This document shows, piece by piece, positions 1 to 9,021 of a stretch of DNA of 35,093 nucleotides (its first letter is position 1; the number at the start of each line of letters is the position of its first letter). Position numbers and translations under genes: made by a program. The DNA comes from an uncultured Bacillota bacterium. GTDB lineage: Bacteria > Bacillota > Clostridia > Peptostreptococcales > Anaerovoracaceae. Below the pieces are notes generated by a model, which was not told the origin of the DNA, made no database searches, and worked only from the letters and a program-made list of their open reading frames with translations. The stretch covers positions 1 through 35,093 of the forward strand of contig CAMOZS010000001.1 of NCBI GenBank assembly GCA_946631075.1, given 5' to 3'.

Positions 1-547
1 CGTCCAGAGTCAGGACACGTCCGGTCGGGTTGCCCGGGCTGATGCAGCAGATCGCCTTGGTGTTGGGTGTAATGGAAGCTTCGATCAACTCGCGGTCTGC
101 CCATGCGTATCCGTCTTCAGCCTTTGTGGTGATGGGCACCAGCTTGCCGTTGACCTGGTTGCAGAATGTGTTGTAGTTGGTGTAGAAAGGCTCTGCGATC
201 ACGGCTTCTTCGCCGGGGTTGAGCAGAGCGGTGAAGATCATGGTCAGGGCTTCCGAACCGCCGTTGGTGATCAGGATGTCCCCTCTTTCGAATTCCATGT
301 CATACTGTTTATTGTAATCGATGATGGCGTCGACCAGATCCGTTACTCCGCCGGACTCCGCGTAAGCGATGACCTTCTTGTCAAAACCGCGGATGGCTTC
401 CATGAAGCACTCCGGTGTCTCAACGTCCGGCTGACCGATGTTCAGTCTGTAGACCTTCTTGCCCTCAGCCTCAGCTTCAAAAGCGTAGGTGTTGAAGCGG
501 CGGATGGGTGAAAACTGCATTGCGCCAACTCTCTTAGATACTTCCAT
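1..547 (-). CDS. PLP-dependent aminotransferase, class I/II (aspartate aminotransferase-like); runs off the left edge
   Basis: Hand translation: MEVSKRVGAMQFSPIRRF...LNIGQPDVETP...ILITNGGSEAL...LLNPGEEAVIAEPFYTNY...ISPGNPTG. GGAGGA SD at 556-561 favours the ATG at 547 over the one at 553. Not in the ORF track because truncated. Confidence 0.9.
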   Translation of the reverse strand, partial: MEVSKRVGAMQFSPIRRFNTYAFEAEAEGKKVYRLNIGQPDVETPECFMEAIRGFDKKVIAYAESGGVTDLVDAIIDYNKQYDMEFERGDILITNGGSEALTMIFTALLNPGEEAVIAEPFYTNYNTFCNQVNGKLVPITTKAEDGYAWADRELIEASITPNTKAICCISPGNPTGRVLTLD

Positions 548-581
548 TGTCATTGTCCTCCAATCAAATCCTCAATGATAT

Positions 582-604
582 AAAAAGCACACAGGCAAAC
601 CTGT
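582..604 (-). terminator. Possible weak intrinsic terminator after tlyA
   Basis: Minus strand ACAGG-TTTG-CCTGT then GTGC-TTTTT; only a 5-bp stem and the U-tract is offset. Confidence 0.3.
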
Positions 605-1404
605 CATTTCAACTCGCGGTGAGACCGTTCCACTACCTGCGAAACGTCCTCCTCGCCCACTGTATTATCGCACAGTTTCTTGGTCATGAAAAGTAGATAT
701 TCAATATTTCCCTTGGTTCCTGTCACGGGGGAATAATCAAGGCCCGCCGGGCTCAGTCCGCACTCTTTTCCGTAGCCGATCACCTGGGAGATGACCTGGC
801 GATGGACGGCCGGATCACGGACGATCCCCTTCTTTCCCACCTGGTCCCTTCCTGCCTCGAACTGGGGCTTGACCAGGGCAACGATCTTGCCCTCCTCGCC
901 CAAAAGCTGTGCCGCCACTGGCAGGACCAGCTTCAGAGAAATGAAGGAAACGTCGATGGAAATAAAATCGTGGTCGGTGCCGACCGCCTCCACGTCCAGA
1001 TAACGGACGTTGGTCTTCTCCATATTGGTCACCCGGGGATCGTTTCGCAGCTTCCAGTCCAGCTGGCCGTAGCCCACATCGATGCAGGTCACGTGGCTGG
1101 CCCCGTTCTTCAGCATGCAGTCGGTGAATCCGCCGGTGGAAGCGCCGATATCCACAGCCTTTGCCCCGTTCAGGTCCAGGCCGAAACACTCCATGGCCTT
1201 CTCCAGCTTGAGCCCTCCCCGGCTCACGTAGGGGCAGGCCGCCTGAATGATGGTGATGTCGGCCTCTTCGTCGACCTTGGTCCCCGGCTTATCGACCCTC
1301 TGCCCGTCCACCATGACCAGGCCGGCCATGATCGACGTCTTTGCCTTTTCCCGCGATTCGAAGAGCCCCCGCCGGGCAGCTACAATATCCAGTCTGTCTT
1401 TCAC
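604..1404 (-). CDS. tlyA: TlyA family rRNA (cytidine-2'-O)-methyltransferase (S4 + FtsJ-like domains)
   Basis: YVSRGGLKL, DIGASTGGFTD, DVSFISL, VKPQFE and GNIEYL motifs. GTG start overlaps the dxs stop (GTGA). Canonical dxs-tlyA synteny. Confidence 0.96.
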   Translation of the reverse strand: MKDRLDIVAARRGLFESREKAKTSIMAGLVMVDGQRVDKPGTKVDEEADITIIQAACPYVSRGGLKLEKAMECFGLDLNGAKAVDIGASTGGFTDCMLKNGASHVTCIDVGYGQLDWKLRNDPRVTNMEKTNVRYLDVEAVGTDHDFISIDVSFISLKLVLPVAAQLLGEEGKIVALVKPQFEAGRDQVGKKGIVRDPAVHRQVISQVIGYGKECGLSPAGLDYSPVTGTKGNIEYLLFMTKKLCDNTVGEEDVSQVVERSHRELK

Positions 1405-3269
1405 TTCCTGTCTTCGTTCCTTTCTTCCGCGATCCTTGCCGCGATCGATGCTCCGTCCAGTCCGAAAGCCTCATAGAGTTCCTCCTGGCTGCCGTGGGGA
1501 ATGAAGCGGTCCGGCCAGCCCAGATTGACCACGCGGACCTCCTTCTCCGAGAGCAGCCGGCAGATGTGCTCCCCGATCCCTCCGGTGATGATGTTGTCTT
1601 CTACCGTAACGATCATGTCATGCTCCGCAGCGGATCTTGCAAGTTCCTCCTCATCCAAAGGCTGGACGGAGGCCATGTTGACCACTCCGGCCATGATCCC
1701 TTCCTTCTCAAGATGCTCCGCTGCTTTGACCGCCTGAGGGAGCATGGACCCGCAGGCCCAGATCTCAACGTCTTTTCCTTCCCTGATCCTCTGGGCCTTA
1801 CCGGCCTGGAAATCAGGAAGTTCAGGCTCCTGGGGCGCTTCCCCTCTGGGATAGCGGATGGCGCAGGGTCCCTCGCTCTGAGCAGCCCATTCCATCATCT
1901 GCTCCAGCTGCTTAGCCGTCGCCGGGGCCAGGATGGTCATGCCCGGCATGGTCCGCAGGTAGGAGATATCGAAGATCCCGTGATGGGTCTCTCCGTCTGC
2001 TCCCACTGCTCCCGCCCGGTCAAGGCAGAAGACCACCGGAAGCTCCTGCAGGCAGACGTCCTCCATGATCTGGTCGTAGGCCCTCTGCAGGAAGGTGGAA
2101 TAGATGGCCACGAAGGGCTTCATCCCAGCCTTTGCAAGGCCTGCGCTGAAGGTCACGGCGTGCTCCTCGGCTATGCCCACGTCGAAGATCCTTCTGGGGA
2201 AGGTCCGGCTGAACATCTCAAGGCCCGTTCCTTCGATCATGGCCGCGCTGACCGCGGTGATCTTCTGGTCCTGGAAGGCCATCCGCATCAGCTTGTCGCC
2301 GAATACGGCGGACCAGGAGGGTCCTGCCCCCTTCTTCAGGGCCTTGCCGGTCGAGATATCAAAGGGACCGGTGCCGTGGAACCTGCCCGGATCCTTTTCG
2401 GCCGGGGAATAGCCCTTGCCCTTGGTCGTCAGTGTATGGATCAGGACCGGGCCGCCGATCTTGGTGGCGTTCTGGAGGACTTCGCACAGCTCCTTGATGT
2501 TGTGCCCGTCCACCGGTCCGATGTATTTGAATCCCAGTTCCTCGAAGATGACACCGTCTTCCAGGACGGAATATTTGATCTTTTCCTTGGCGTGCTGGAT
2601 CCCGGTGACGATCTCATCGCCGATGACCGGGACCTTGGACATTCCGGTCTTGATCCGGTTCTTAACGGCAGAATAGCCCGCCGTTCCGCTCAGCTTGACC
2701 AGGTGATTGGAAAGGCCTCCGATGTTGGGCGAGATGGACATGCCGTTGTCGTTGAGGACGACGATCATGTCTGTCTCCAGGTGGCCGGCGTGGTTGAAGG
2801 CTTCAAAGCAGAGTCCTCCGGTAAGGGCCCCGTCTCCGATCACCGACACCACCCGGTAGTCCTCCCCTGCCAGATCCCTGGCGGCCGCAAGGCCAAGGCC
2901 AAGGCTGACCGAGGTGGAGCTGTGGCCGGTATCGAAGACATCGTGGTCGCTTTCGCACCGCTTGGGGAATCCGCTCATCCCTCCCATCTGCCGCAGATGG
3001 TCGAACCCATCCATCCGTCCGGTCAGGATCTTATGGACGTAGGACTGGTGGCCCACATCCCAGATCAGCTTATCCTTGGGAGAATCGAAGACCCGGTGCA
3101 GGGCGATGGAAAGCTCCACTACCCCCAGGCTGGAGGCCAGATGTCCTCCGGTCTTGGAAACGGATTCCACCAGAAAATCCCGGATCTCATAGGACAGGAG
3201 TTCCAGTTCGTCATAGCTCATGTTTTTCAGATCGGAAGGAAAGTCGTGTTTCTTCAGGTATTTGCTCAT
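1401..3269 (-). CDS. dxs: 1-deoxy-D-xylulose-5-phosphate synthase
   Basis: GGHLASSLG, WDVGHQSY, TPP motif GDGALTGG...NDN, GIAEEHAV, YSTFLQRAYDQ, DRAG, AIRYPRG; 622 aa. Confidence 0.98.
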   Translation of the reverse strand: MSKYLKKHDFPSDLKNMSYDELELLSYEIRDFLVESVSKTGGHLASSLGVVELSIALHRVFDSPKDKLIWDVGHQSYVHKILTGRMDGFDHLRQMGGMSGFPKRCESDHDVFDTGHSSTSVSLGLGLAAARDLAGEDYRVVSVIGDGALTGGLCFEAFNHAGHLETDMIVVLNDNGMSISPNIGGLSNHLVKLSGTAGYSAVKNRIKTGMSKVPVIGDEIVTGIQHAKEKIKYSVLEDGVIFEELGFKYIGPVDGHNIKELCEVLQNATKIGGPVLIHTLTTKGKGYSPAEKDPGRFHGTGPFDISTGKALKKGAGPSWSAVFGDKLMRMAFQDQKITAVSAAMIEGTGLEMFSRTFPRRIFDVGIAEEHAVTFSAGLAKAGMKPFVAIYSTFLQRAYDQIMEDVCLQELPVVFCLDRAGAVGADGETHHGIFDISYLRTMPGMTILAPATAKQLEQMMEWAAQSEGPCAIRYPRGEAPQEPELPDFQAGKAQRIREGKDVEIWACGSMLPQAVKAAEHLEKEGIMAGVVNMASVQPLDEEELARSAAEHDMIVTVEDNIITGGIGEHICRLLSEKEVRVVNLGWPDRFIPHGSQEELYEAFGLDGASIAARIAEERNEDRK

Positions 3270-3271
3270 AT

Positions 3272-4168
3272 CTATTTCCCTCGGGTCTCCAGCTGTCTTG
3301 CCAGCTTATTGAAGACTTCCGCGTTATCGTAATAGCTGCTCAGGGCGTTCACCGCCGTATCGGTCAGTTCGGTCAGCCGCTGCCGTGATTTCTCCAGTCC
3401 GTAGATGGACGGATAGGTGGACTTCTTGTTTTCCTGGTCCATGCCGGTCTTCTTGCCCATCTCCTCCGCATTGCCGACCACATCGAGGATGTCGTCGCAG
3501 ATCTGGAAGGCCAGACCCAGGTTCTCCGCGTAGATGGTCAGATTCCCCAGCATCTCCGGATCCGTCTTGCCCAGGGCCGCTCCCGCCCGGATGGCGGCAA
3601 CGATCATGGCGGCCGTCTTGTTCAGGTGGATGAAGTCCAGCATCTCCGGCGAACAGTTCTTGTCTTCCGCCTCCATGTCGGCGATCTGGCCGGCGACTAC
3701 TCCCCGGCATCCACAGCCTTTGGTGATCTCATAAGCCGCCCGGATCCTCTTCTTGAGGGCTGCCGGATCGTCCAGATAAAGGAGCATGTCCCTCTGCATG
3801 GCCTCGTAAGCCGCCGACTGCAGTCCGTCTCCCGCCAGGGTCGCCACCGCGTCCCCGTAGACTTTGTGGTTGGTCGGCACTCCCCGGCGAAGATCGTCGT
3901 TGTCCATGCAGGGCAGATCGTCGTGGATCAGCGTATAGGTATGGATGTACTCGATGGCGCAGGCGTAAGGAATGGCTTCCTCGATCTTGCCCCCGCAGAA
4001 ATCGCAGGCCGCCAGCAGGAGGACCGGCCGTATCCGCTTGCCTCCGGCCATCAGGCTGTATTTCATGGATTCAAACAGGGTAATGCTCTTGTGATCGATA
4101 TCCGGCAGAAAATCCGTCAGATGTTCTTCAACGATCTGTTTGTAGTCATCAAAAGTATAATCGTTCAT
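3272..4168 (-). CDS. ispA: Polyprenyl (farnesyl) diphosphate synthase / geranyltranstransferase
   Basis: GGKRIRP, first Asp-rich motif HDDLPCMDNDDLRRG, second FQICDDILD. Tyr five residues before the first motif suggests a short-chain product. Start moved to the ATG at 4168 (GGGGGA SD upstream). Confidence 0.94.
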   Translation of the reverse strand: MNDYTFDDYKQIVEEHLTDFLPDIDHKSITLFESMKYSLMAGGKRIRPVLLLAACDFCGGKIEEAIPYACAIEYIHTYTLIHDDLPCMDNDDLRRGVPTNHKVYGDAVATLAGDGLQSAAYEAMQRDMLLYLDDPAALKKRIRAAYEITKGCGCRGVVAGQIADMEAEDKNCSPEMLDFIHLNKTAAMIVAAIRAGAALGKTDPEMLGNLTIYAENLGLAFQICDDILDVVGNAEEMGKKTGMDQENKKSTYPSIYGLEKSRQRLTELTDTAVNALSSYYDNAEVFNKLARQLETRGK

Positions 4169-4199
4169 CGTAAATCCCCCCATTTCAACAAACAGGATC

Positions 4200-4391
4200 C
4201 TATTCTCTGGTCAGCGTTTCGATCTGGGCTGACGCTTCGTCCAGGATCTTCCGGCACTGCTCGTAATACTTCAGACCTTCTTTATAACTTTTGATCGCTT
4301 CTTCAAGCGGTACGTCCTGTCTCTTCAGTTTCTCGGAAGCAGCTTCCAGCTGTGTCAGCGATTCTTCAAACGAAACTTTGCTCTTGGTCAT
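4200..4391 (-). CDS. xseB: Exodeoxyribonuclease VII small subunit
   Basis: SFEESLTQLE...LEEAIKSYKEG...C.KIL pattern; 63 aa; ATGA overlap with xseA. Confidence 0.96.
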   Translation of the reverse strand: MTKSKVSFEESLTQLEAASEKLKRQDVPLEEAIKSYKEGLKYYEQCRKILDEASAQIETLTRE

Positions 4392-5605
4392 CTTCTATCC
4401 TCCTCATCGATCCCAGTGACCTGTGCCCTGGCGCTTCCCTCCGCCATCCGGACCCTGATCTCCTGTCCCGGGCTCAGCTCTGCTGCCGACCTCAGGATCT
4501 GACCGTCTTCTCCGGTCACTACCGAATATCCCCGCCTGAGGATATCGTAGGGATTGGCTGATTCTATGGCGCTTCTCAGGATCTCGATCCTGTGGGAACA
4601 GTCCCGTATCCTCTGCTCCATCCTCTCGGCCATGGCCTCCGCCAGCCGGTCGGTGTACATCTGATCATATTCGATCCTCCCCCGTATCCCGGATGCAAAG
4701 GCTGCCGGATCCAGGGCGGACAGCCTCTGCCGTCCGATCTCGACCCTGTGCTGGAGGGCCCTGGTCATCTCCTCTCTGTAGTAGAGCAGGTTCTGGCGAA
4801 GCTCGCCCGTATCGGGCACCGCTTTGTCCGCTGCCGCGGTCGGCGTCTCCGCCCGAAGGTCCGCCACGAAATCAGAGATGGTGAAGTCTGTCTCATGACC
4901 TACCGCGGAGATCACCGGGATCTTCGAAGCGTAGATGCTCCGGGCCACGACTTCCTCGTTGAAGGCCCACAGCTCCTCGGCGCTTCCTCCTCCTCTTCCG
5001 GTGATGATCACGTCCACGTCCGGACACCGCTCATTCACTTCATCAATGGCTGATGCGATGTCGGCGGCCGCTGAGGGCCCCTGGACCAGGACGGGAACGA
5101 TCAGTATGCTCACATAGTCGTTCTTGCTCCGGATGATCTTCTGTATATCCCGGACCGCTGCTCCCGTCGGCGAGGTGACGACCGCCACCCTGGACGGGAA
5201 GACCGGTATGGCTTTCTTATGGGCCGGATCGAAGAGTCCCTCCTTCTCCAGCCTTGCCTTCAGCTGCTCGAAGCGGATGGCCAGCTGGCCCATGCCGGCG
5301 GCCTCAAGGTCGGTGATGTTCAGGGAGTACCGCCCACCTCTCTCGTATACCGAGATGTAGCCGGAGGCGATGACTTCCAGTCCTTCATCCAGAGGACAGC
5401 TGATCTGAGGAGCTGTCCTTGCCGGCAGGAAACAGTCGATCCGGGAAGTCTCGTCCTTCAGAGAGAAGTAGATGTGCCCGGAACTGTGGAATCTCAGGTT
5501 GGAGATCTCGCCGACCACCGACACGTCCGAAAGCAGGGGATCATTCTTCAGGACCCGTCCGATGTACTGATTCAGTTGTCCTACCCGGATCGGGTTCAAT
5601 CCCAT
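4388..5605 (-). CDS. xseA: Exodeoxyribonuclease VII large subunit
   Basis: GEISN, SGHIYFSLKD, TSPTGAAVRD, RGGGS.EELWAFN, SAVGHETD, TPTAAA, L.RGYS motifs. Confidence 0.98.
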   Translation of the reverse strand: MGLNPIRVGQLNQYIGRVLKNDPLLSDVSVVGEISNLRFHSSGHIYFSLKDETSRIDCFLPARTAPQISCPLDEGLEVIASGYISVYERGGRYSLNITDLEAAGMGQLAIRFEQLKARLEKEGLFDPAHKKAIPVFPSRVAVVTSPTGAAVRDIQKIIRSKNDYVSILIVPVLVQGPSAAADIASAIDEVNERCPDVDVIITGRGGGSAEELWAFNEEVVARSIYASKIPVISAVGHETDFTISDFVADLRAETPTAAADKAVPDTGELRQNLLYYREEMTRALQHRVEIGRQRLSALDPAAFASGIRGRIEYDQMYTDRLAEAMAERMEQRIRDCSHRIEILRSAIESANPYDILRRGYSVVTGEDGQILRSAAELSPGQEIRVRMAEGSARAQVTGIDEEDRR

Positions 5606-6663
5606 AGCAGTTTCCCTCCAAGAAGAGCTGTGCCTACCGCGTTGTCGGTGGCCAGGTCATTCTCGTTGTCGTCAAAAAAGACGATGATATCCTCTTCTTC
5701 CAGCCGGTCGCTGACATAGGACCGGATAAATCTGCTGGAGGATACTCCGCCGGACATGATGATGTCCTTCAGGCCGCTTCGTTTGGCCGCCTGCCGGAGC
5801 AGCTCCACCAGACAGTCGCTGATCCGGACGAAGATCTCCCGGATCAGTTCGTCCCTCACCTGCTGGTCCACGTTGACGATGGACTTGGTCAGGGAAAGTC
5901 TGGACAGCTTGTTCTTGATCTGGGTATCGATCCCCGACAGGTTGATCTGTCCCCCTTCTACTCTGATGGGAGTCAGCATGTTGGTCGCCTTCTTTGTCTT
6001 CATGGCGATCTCATCCATTTTGGCCCCTGACGGGAAGGCGAATCCCATGGCCACTCCGGCCCGGTCAAGGACCTGACCGAAGGAAATGTCCTTGGATCCT
6101 CCGATGATCTGCACATCGTAGAAGGCACCCTCTCCGTGGATCCACTGGAAGCGGTCTCCCCGGATCAGATTATAGGGATCGTATTCTCTGTTCCTGATCT
6201 TAAGCACTTCGCAGGTCCCGCCGGAAAAATGGCAGGCCAGGAACTCGTCCATGCTGGACATCTCCGTATAGGATTTGATGGCCTGGATGTGGCCCTCCTG
6301 ATGGGAGAAGCCGATCACCGGCACATCCAGGACGGCGGCCAGGGACCGGGCGAAGCTTTCCCCCGCCAGGAAACATGGCATATAGGAGCCTTCCTGGGGC
6401 CGGGGCTTGGAGGAAAAGGCGATGCCGCGGATCTCCTCCCGCAGGTCTCCCTCTCCCGAGAATTCCTCCCGGGCCCTTTCGAAGAGTTCCGGAAGATTCT
6501 TCACATGCTGAAACAGAGCATCAGATTGTCTGAGGCCCCGTTCTCCCTGCTTGACATCCAGGAACTTCCTGATGTCGCATACGATATGATCCGGGCTCAG
6601 CACAGCGAGCGATGTTTTATAATTGCTCGTGTCTATGCCCAGGATGTATTCAGGTTCATGCAT
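5596..6663 (-). CDS. Kae1/TsaD-like ASKHA-fold protein (the type annotated as O-sialoglycoprotein endopeptidase); function unknown
   Basis: ILGIDTSNY, metal motif HQEGH, FSGGT, DISFGQVLDR...GFAFPSG, NLSG, SGGV, TDNA. True start is probably the ATG at 6663 (MHEPEYILG), overlapping the nusB end; the ORF-track extension to 6786 lies inside nusB. Confidence 0.85.
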   Translation of the reverse strand: MHEPEYILGIDTSNYKTSLAVLSPDHIVCDIRKFLDVKQGERGLRQSDALFQHVKNLPELFERAREEFSGEGDLREEIRGIAFSSKPRPQEGSYMPCFLAGESFARSLAAVLDVPVIGFSHQEGHIQAIKSYTEMSSMDEFLACHFSGGTCEVLKIRNREYDPYNLIRGDRFQWIHGEGAFYDVQIIGGSKDISFGQVLDRAGVAMGFAFPSGAKMDEIAMKTKKATNMLTPIRVEGGQINLSGIDTQIKNKLSRLSLTKSIVNVDQQVRDELIREIFVRISDCLVELLRQAAKRSGLKDIIMSGGVSSSRFIRSYVSDRLEEEDIIVFFDDNENDLATDNAVGTALLGGKLLWD

Positions 6664-7057
6664 CGTTTCTTCTGGCAAAAGCTCCGAGGACACCGTGGAT
6701 GAATTTTGATGATTCTCCTGTGCTGTACTTTTTGCCCAGATTGATGGCTTCATTGATGGCAACCGCATCGGGAATATCCTCCGCATAAGTCATTTCGCCA
6801 ATCGCAAGCCGCATGACTGCCAGATCGACTTTAGGCATACGTGTGGTCTTCCATCGCGTGCTGCATCCGTTGATGCTGTCATCGATCTGATGGATGTTTC
6901 TGACGATGTCGGTGAGAAGAGACTGTCCCCGCTCGACGTGATTTCCCGCCAGGCGTTCACCGGCCAGCCGGCGCGCTGTCTCTTCGTTCATTTCTCCTGC
7001 GGCTTCCATTTCGTACAGGATCTGCATCATTATCTCTCTTGCATCATTTCTCGTCAT
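6656..7057 (-). CDS. nusB: Transcription antitermination factor NusB
   Basis: R..AREI.MQILY, W...RM..VDLAVMRLA..E, VAINEAINLGKKY, S.KFIHGVLG. Confidence 0.96.
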   Translation of the reverse strand: MTRNDAREIMMQILYEMEAAGEMNEETARRLAGERLAGNHVERGQSLLTDIVRNIHQIDDSINGCSTRWKTTRMPKVDLAVMRLAIGEMTYAEDIPDAVAINEAINLGKKYSTGESSKFIHGVLGAFARRNDA

Positions 7058-7469
7058 CTGCTGAATCCTCCTGCACCTCGACGATAGTCTGATCCTGTCC
7101 GGCTCCTTTTTCGCCGTCAGGATCCCTCTCTTTGTCCGATGAAAGACCGACCCCCTGCACGTGGATGTTCACTGCGGAAACATCGATCTCCACCATATCC
7201 TTCAGTTCATTCTTCACGTTCTCCTGGATCTCCCAGGCAACGGAAGGAATGTTGCAGCCGTAATCGACGATGACGGAAACATCTACCGCTGTCTCCTCGC
7301 CGCTGCGGCTGACCTTGGTGCCCTTGGCTACGCTCTCTCTTCCCAGAAGGTTCCTGGAGAGAGCGTCGTACATGCCGCCGGCCATACCGAAAACACCTTC
7401 GGTCTTCAGCGTCGCGTTGACTGCGCAGACCGCGACCACCTCGTCCGAAAACACATATTTATCACTCAT
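7044..7469 (-). CDS. Asp23/Gls24 family envelope stress protein (YqhY-like) with acidic C-terminal tail
   Basis: SDEVVA...TEGV.GM, VDVSVIVDYG..IP.VA..IQ..VK..L..M...V..VNIHVQGV; directly upstream of nusB as usual. Confidence 0.93.
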   Translation of the reverse strand: MSDKYVFSDEVVAVCAVNATLKTEGVFGMAGGMYDALSRNLLGRESVAKGTKVSRSGEETAVDVSVIVDYGCNIPSVAWEIQENVKNELKDMVEIDVSAVNIHVQGVGLSSDKERDPDGEKGAGQDQTIVEVQEDSADDEK

Positions 7470-7563
7470 TCATCTATCTCCGGAAGGAAGGCCAAGCCTC
7501 CTCCTGTCATTTCACTCTGATGCTTATTCTTCCCGTCCCGCATTTAACTAACAGGACAGCGCT

Positions 7564-7593
7564 ATTATACCACAGAAAACCGTCTGTAGGCAA
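7564..7593 (-). promoter_or_regulatory. SigmaA-type promoter for the asp23-nusB-...-tlyA operon
   Basis: TTGCCT (7593-7588), 18 nt, TG-N-TATAAT (-10 at 7569-7564). Confidence 0.75.
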
Positions 7594-7630
7594 TCGGTGC
7601 CTGGGGTCCGGCCGGACCGGCCATGGCCCG

Positions 7631-8983
7631 TCATTCCTTGTCCTTCTCTGCCTCCTCGATAATCTCCTTTGGCAGGATCTTGAGCGTGATGCTCTCGATC
7701 CGGCGGTCCTTGACCGACAGGATCGTGAACACATAATTCTCATAGCTGATGGGCTGGTTCAGGTCATCGTCATCGGGGATCTCGCCCAGGATGTCGATCA
7801 GGAAACCTCCGATGGTCTCGCTGCTCTCCGACTCCAGATCGATGCCCAGCTCCTCATCGATATCGTCCAGATCCATGCTGCCGTCCAGCTGCCATGTGTC
7901 GGACCGGATCTGCTTGATCTCCGGCTCATCCTCATCGTACTCATCGTCGATGTCGCCCATGACCTCTTCGATGATGTCCTCCATGGTCACGATGCCGGAG
8001 AAGCCGCCGTACTCGTCGATCAGGATGGCGATGTGCTGCTTGGTCTTCTGCAGCTCCACGAACAGGGAGTCGATGTTCTTGGTCTCCGGAACGAAATACG
8101 GGGTCCGGAGAATGGACCGGATATCCACATTGTCAAAGCCGGATTCCCTGGCCTGGATCAGATAGTCCTTGATATAGAGGATGCCGATGATGTTGTCGCT
8201 GTCGTCCTCATAGACCGGGATCCGGGAGAAGCGCAGCTCCATCAGCTCATCGATATATTCCTCGGAAGGATCGTTGATGTCGATGGCGAAGACATCGGTA
8301 CGGGGAGTCATGACCTCGTAGGCCAGCAGGTCGTCGAAGGCGAAGACTCCGGTGATCATCTTCTTGCCCTCTTCCTTCAGTTCTCCTTTTTCCTGGCCCG
8401 CCTCCAGCATGGAGACGATGTCTTCTTCTGAGTATTCATTGTAATCGTATTCGATCCTCTGCCGGAAAAGCTTGAGGAAGAGAAAGACGATCCCTGAGGA
8501 GATGGCGGTCATGGGTTTCATGATCCCGATGAGAAAATGGCAGAAACCGGCGCTGAACATAGCGATCCCGTCGGGATGAAGGACAGCCAGCCGCCTGGGC
8601 AGAAGCTCAGTGAAGGCGCACATGACCAGGGCCAGAAGAAGGATCAGGATGGCAAGGGCGACTACGCCCAGCATGTCTCCCCGGGGCATGCCCGCGTACA
8701 CCAGACCTCTTTCAATGGGCCGCAGGAAGAAAAGCACCGAAAAGGCGGCTGCGCACAGGGCCAGCAGGACGCTGGCCGCCCGCATGGCCGGCATATAGGT
8801 CCCCGGATCATCGATGATCTTTTCCAGATCTTCCGCCCGGGTATTTCCCTCCTCGGCAAGTGACCGGATATGGACTTTATTGACCGCGGAGAGGGCTCTC
8901 TCCGCCGCGACCACATAAGCGTTGGCCGCGATGATCAGGATGAAACAGATTATACTCCATATAGGCACGATATCGGATTCCAT
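7631..8983 (-). CDS. Hemolysin-family CNNM/CorC protein (DUF21 membrane domain + CBS pair + CorC_HlyC), putative Mg2+ transport-related
   Basis: N-terminal TM helices, [57 protein letters not shown]. Confidence 0.94.
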   Translation of the reverse strand: MESDIVPIWSIICFILIIAANAYVVAAERALSAVNKVHIRSLAEEGNTRAEDLEKIIDDPGTYMPAMRAASVLLALCAAAFSVLFFLRPIERGLVYAGMPRGDMLGVVALAILILLLALVMCAFTELLPRRLAVLHPDGIAMFSAGFCHFLIGIMKPMTAISSGIVFLFLKLFRQRIEYDYNEYSEEDIVSMLEAGQEKGELKEEGKKMITGVFAFDDLLAYEVMTPRTDVFAIDINDPSEEYIDELMELRFSRIPVYEDDSDNIIGILYIKDYLIQARESGFDNVDIRSILRTPYFVPETKNIDSLFVELQKTKQHIAILIDEYGGFSGIVTMEDIIEEVMGDIDDEYDEDEPEIKQIRSDTWQLDGSMDLDDIDEELGIDLESESSETIGGFLIDILGEIPDDDDLNQPISYENYVFTILSVKDRRIESITLKILPKEIIEEAEKDKE

Positions 8984-9021
8984 GAAATACTCCTTTTGTC
9001 TTGTATATCAAACACTTATAT

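Noticed and set aside
6664-6786. N-terminal extension of the Kae1-like ORF in the ORF track
   Set aside because: Lies inside nusB in another frame; family similarity starts at MHEPEYILGIDTS (6663).
7605-7628. Adjacent perfect palindromes GGTCCGGCCGGACC and GGCCATGGCC after the CNNM gene
   Set aside because: Very GC-rich, no U-tract, not repeated in the window; plausible by chance, though a weak pause site cannot be excluded.
604-8983. Two 'hemolysin' annotations (TlyA and the CNNM/CBS protein) as a virulence locus
   Set aside because: Both are widespread housekeeping families (rRNA methylation, Mg2+ homeostasis); the names are legacy annotations.
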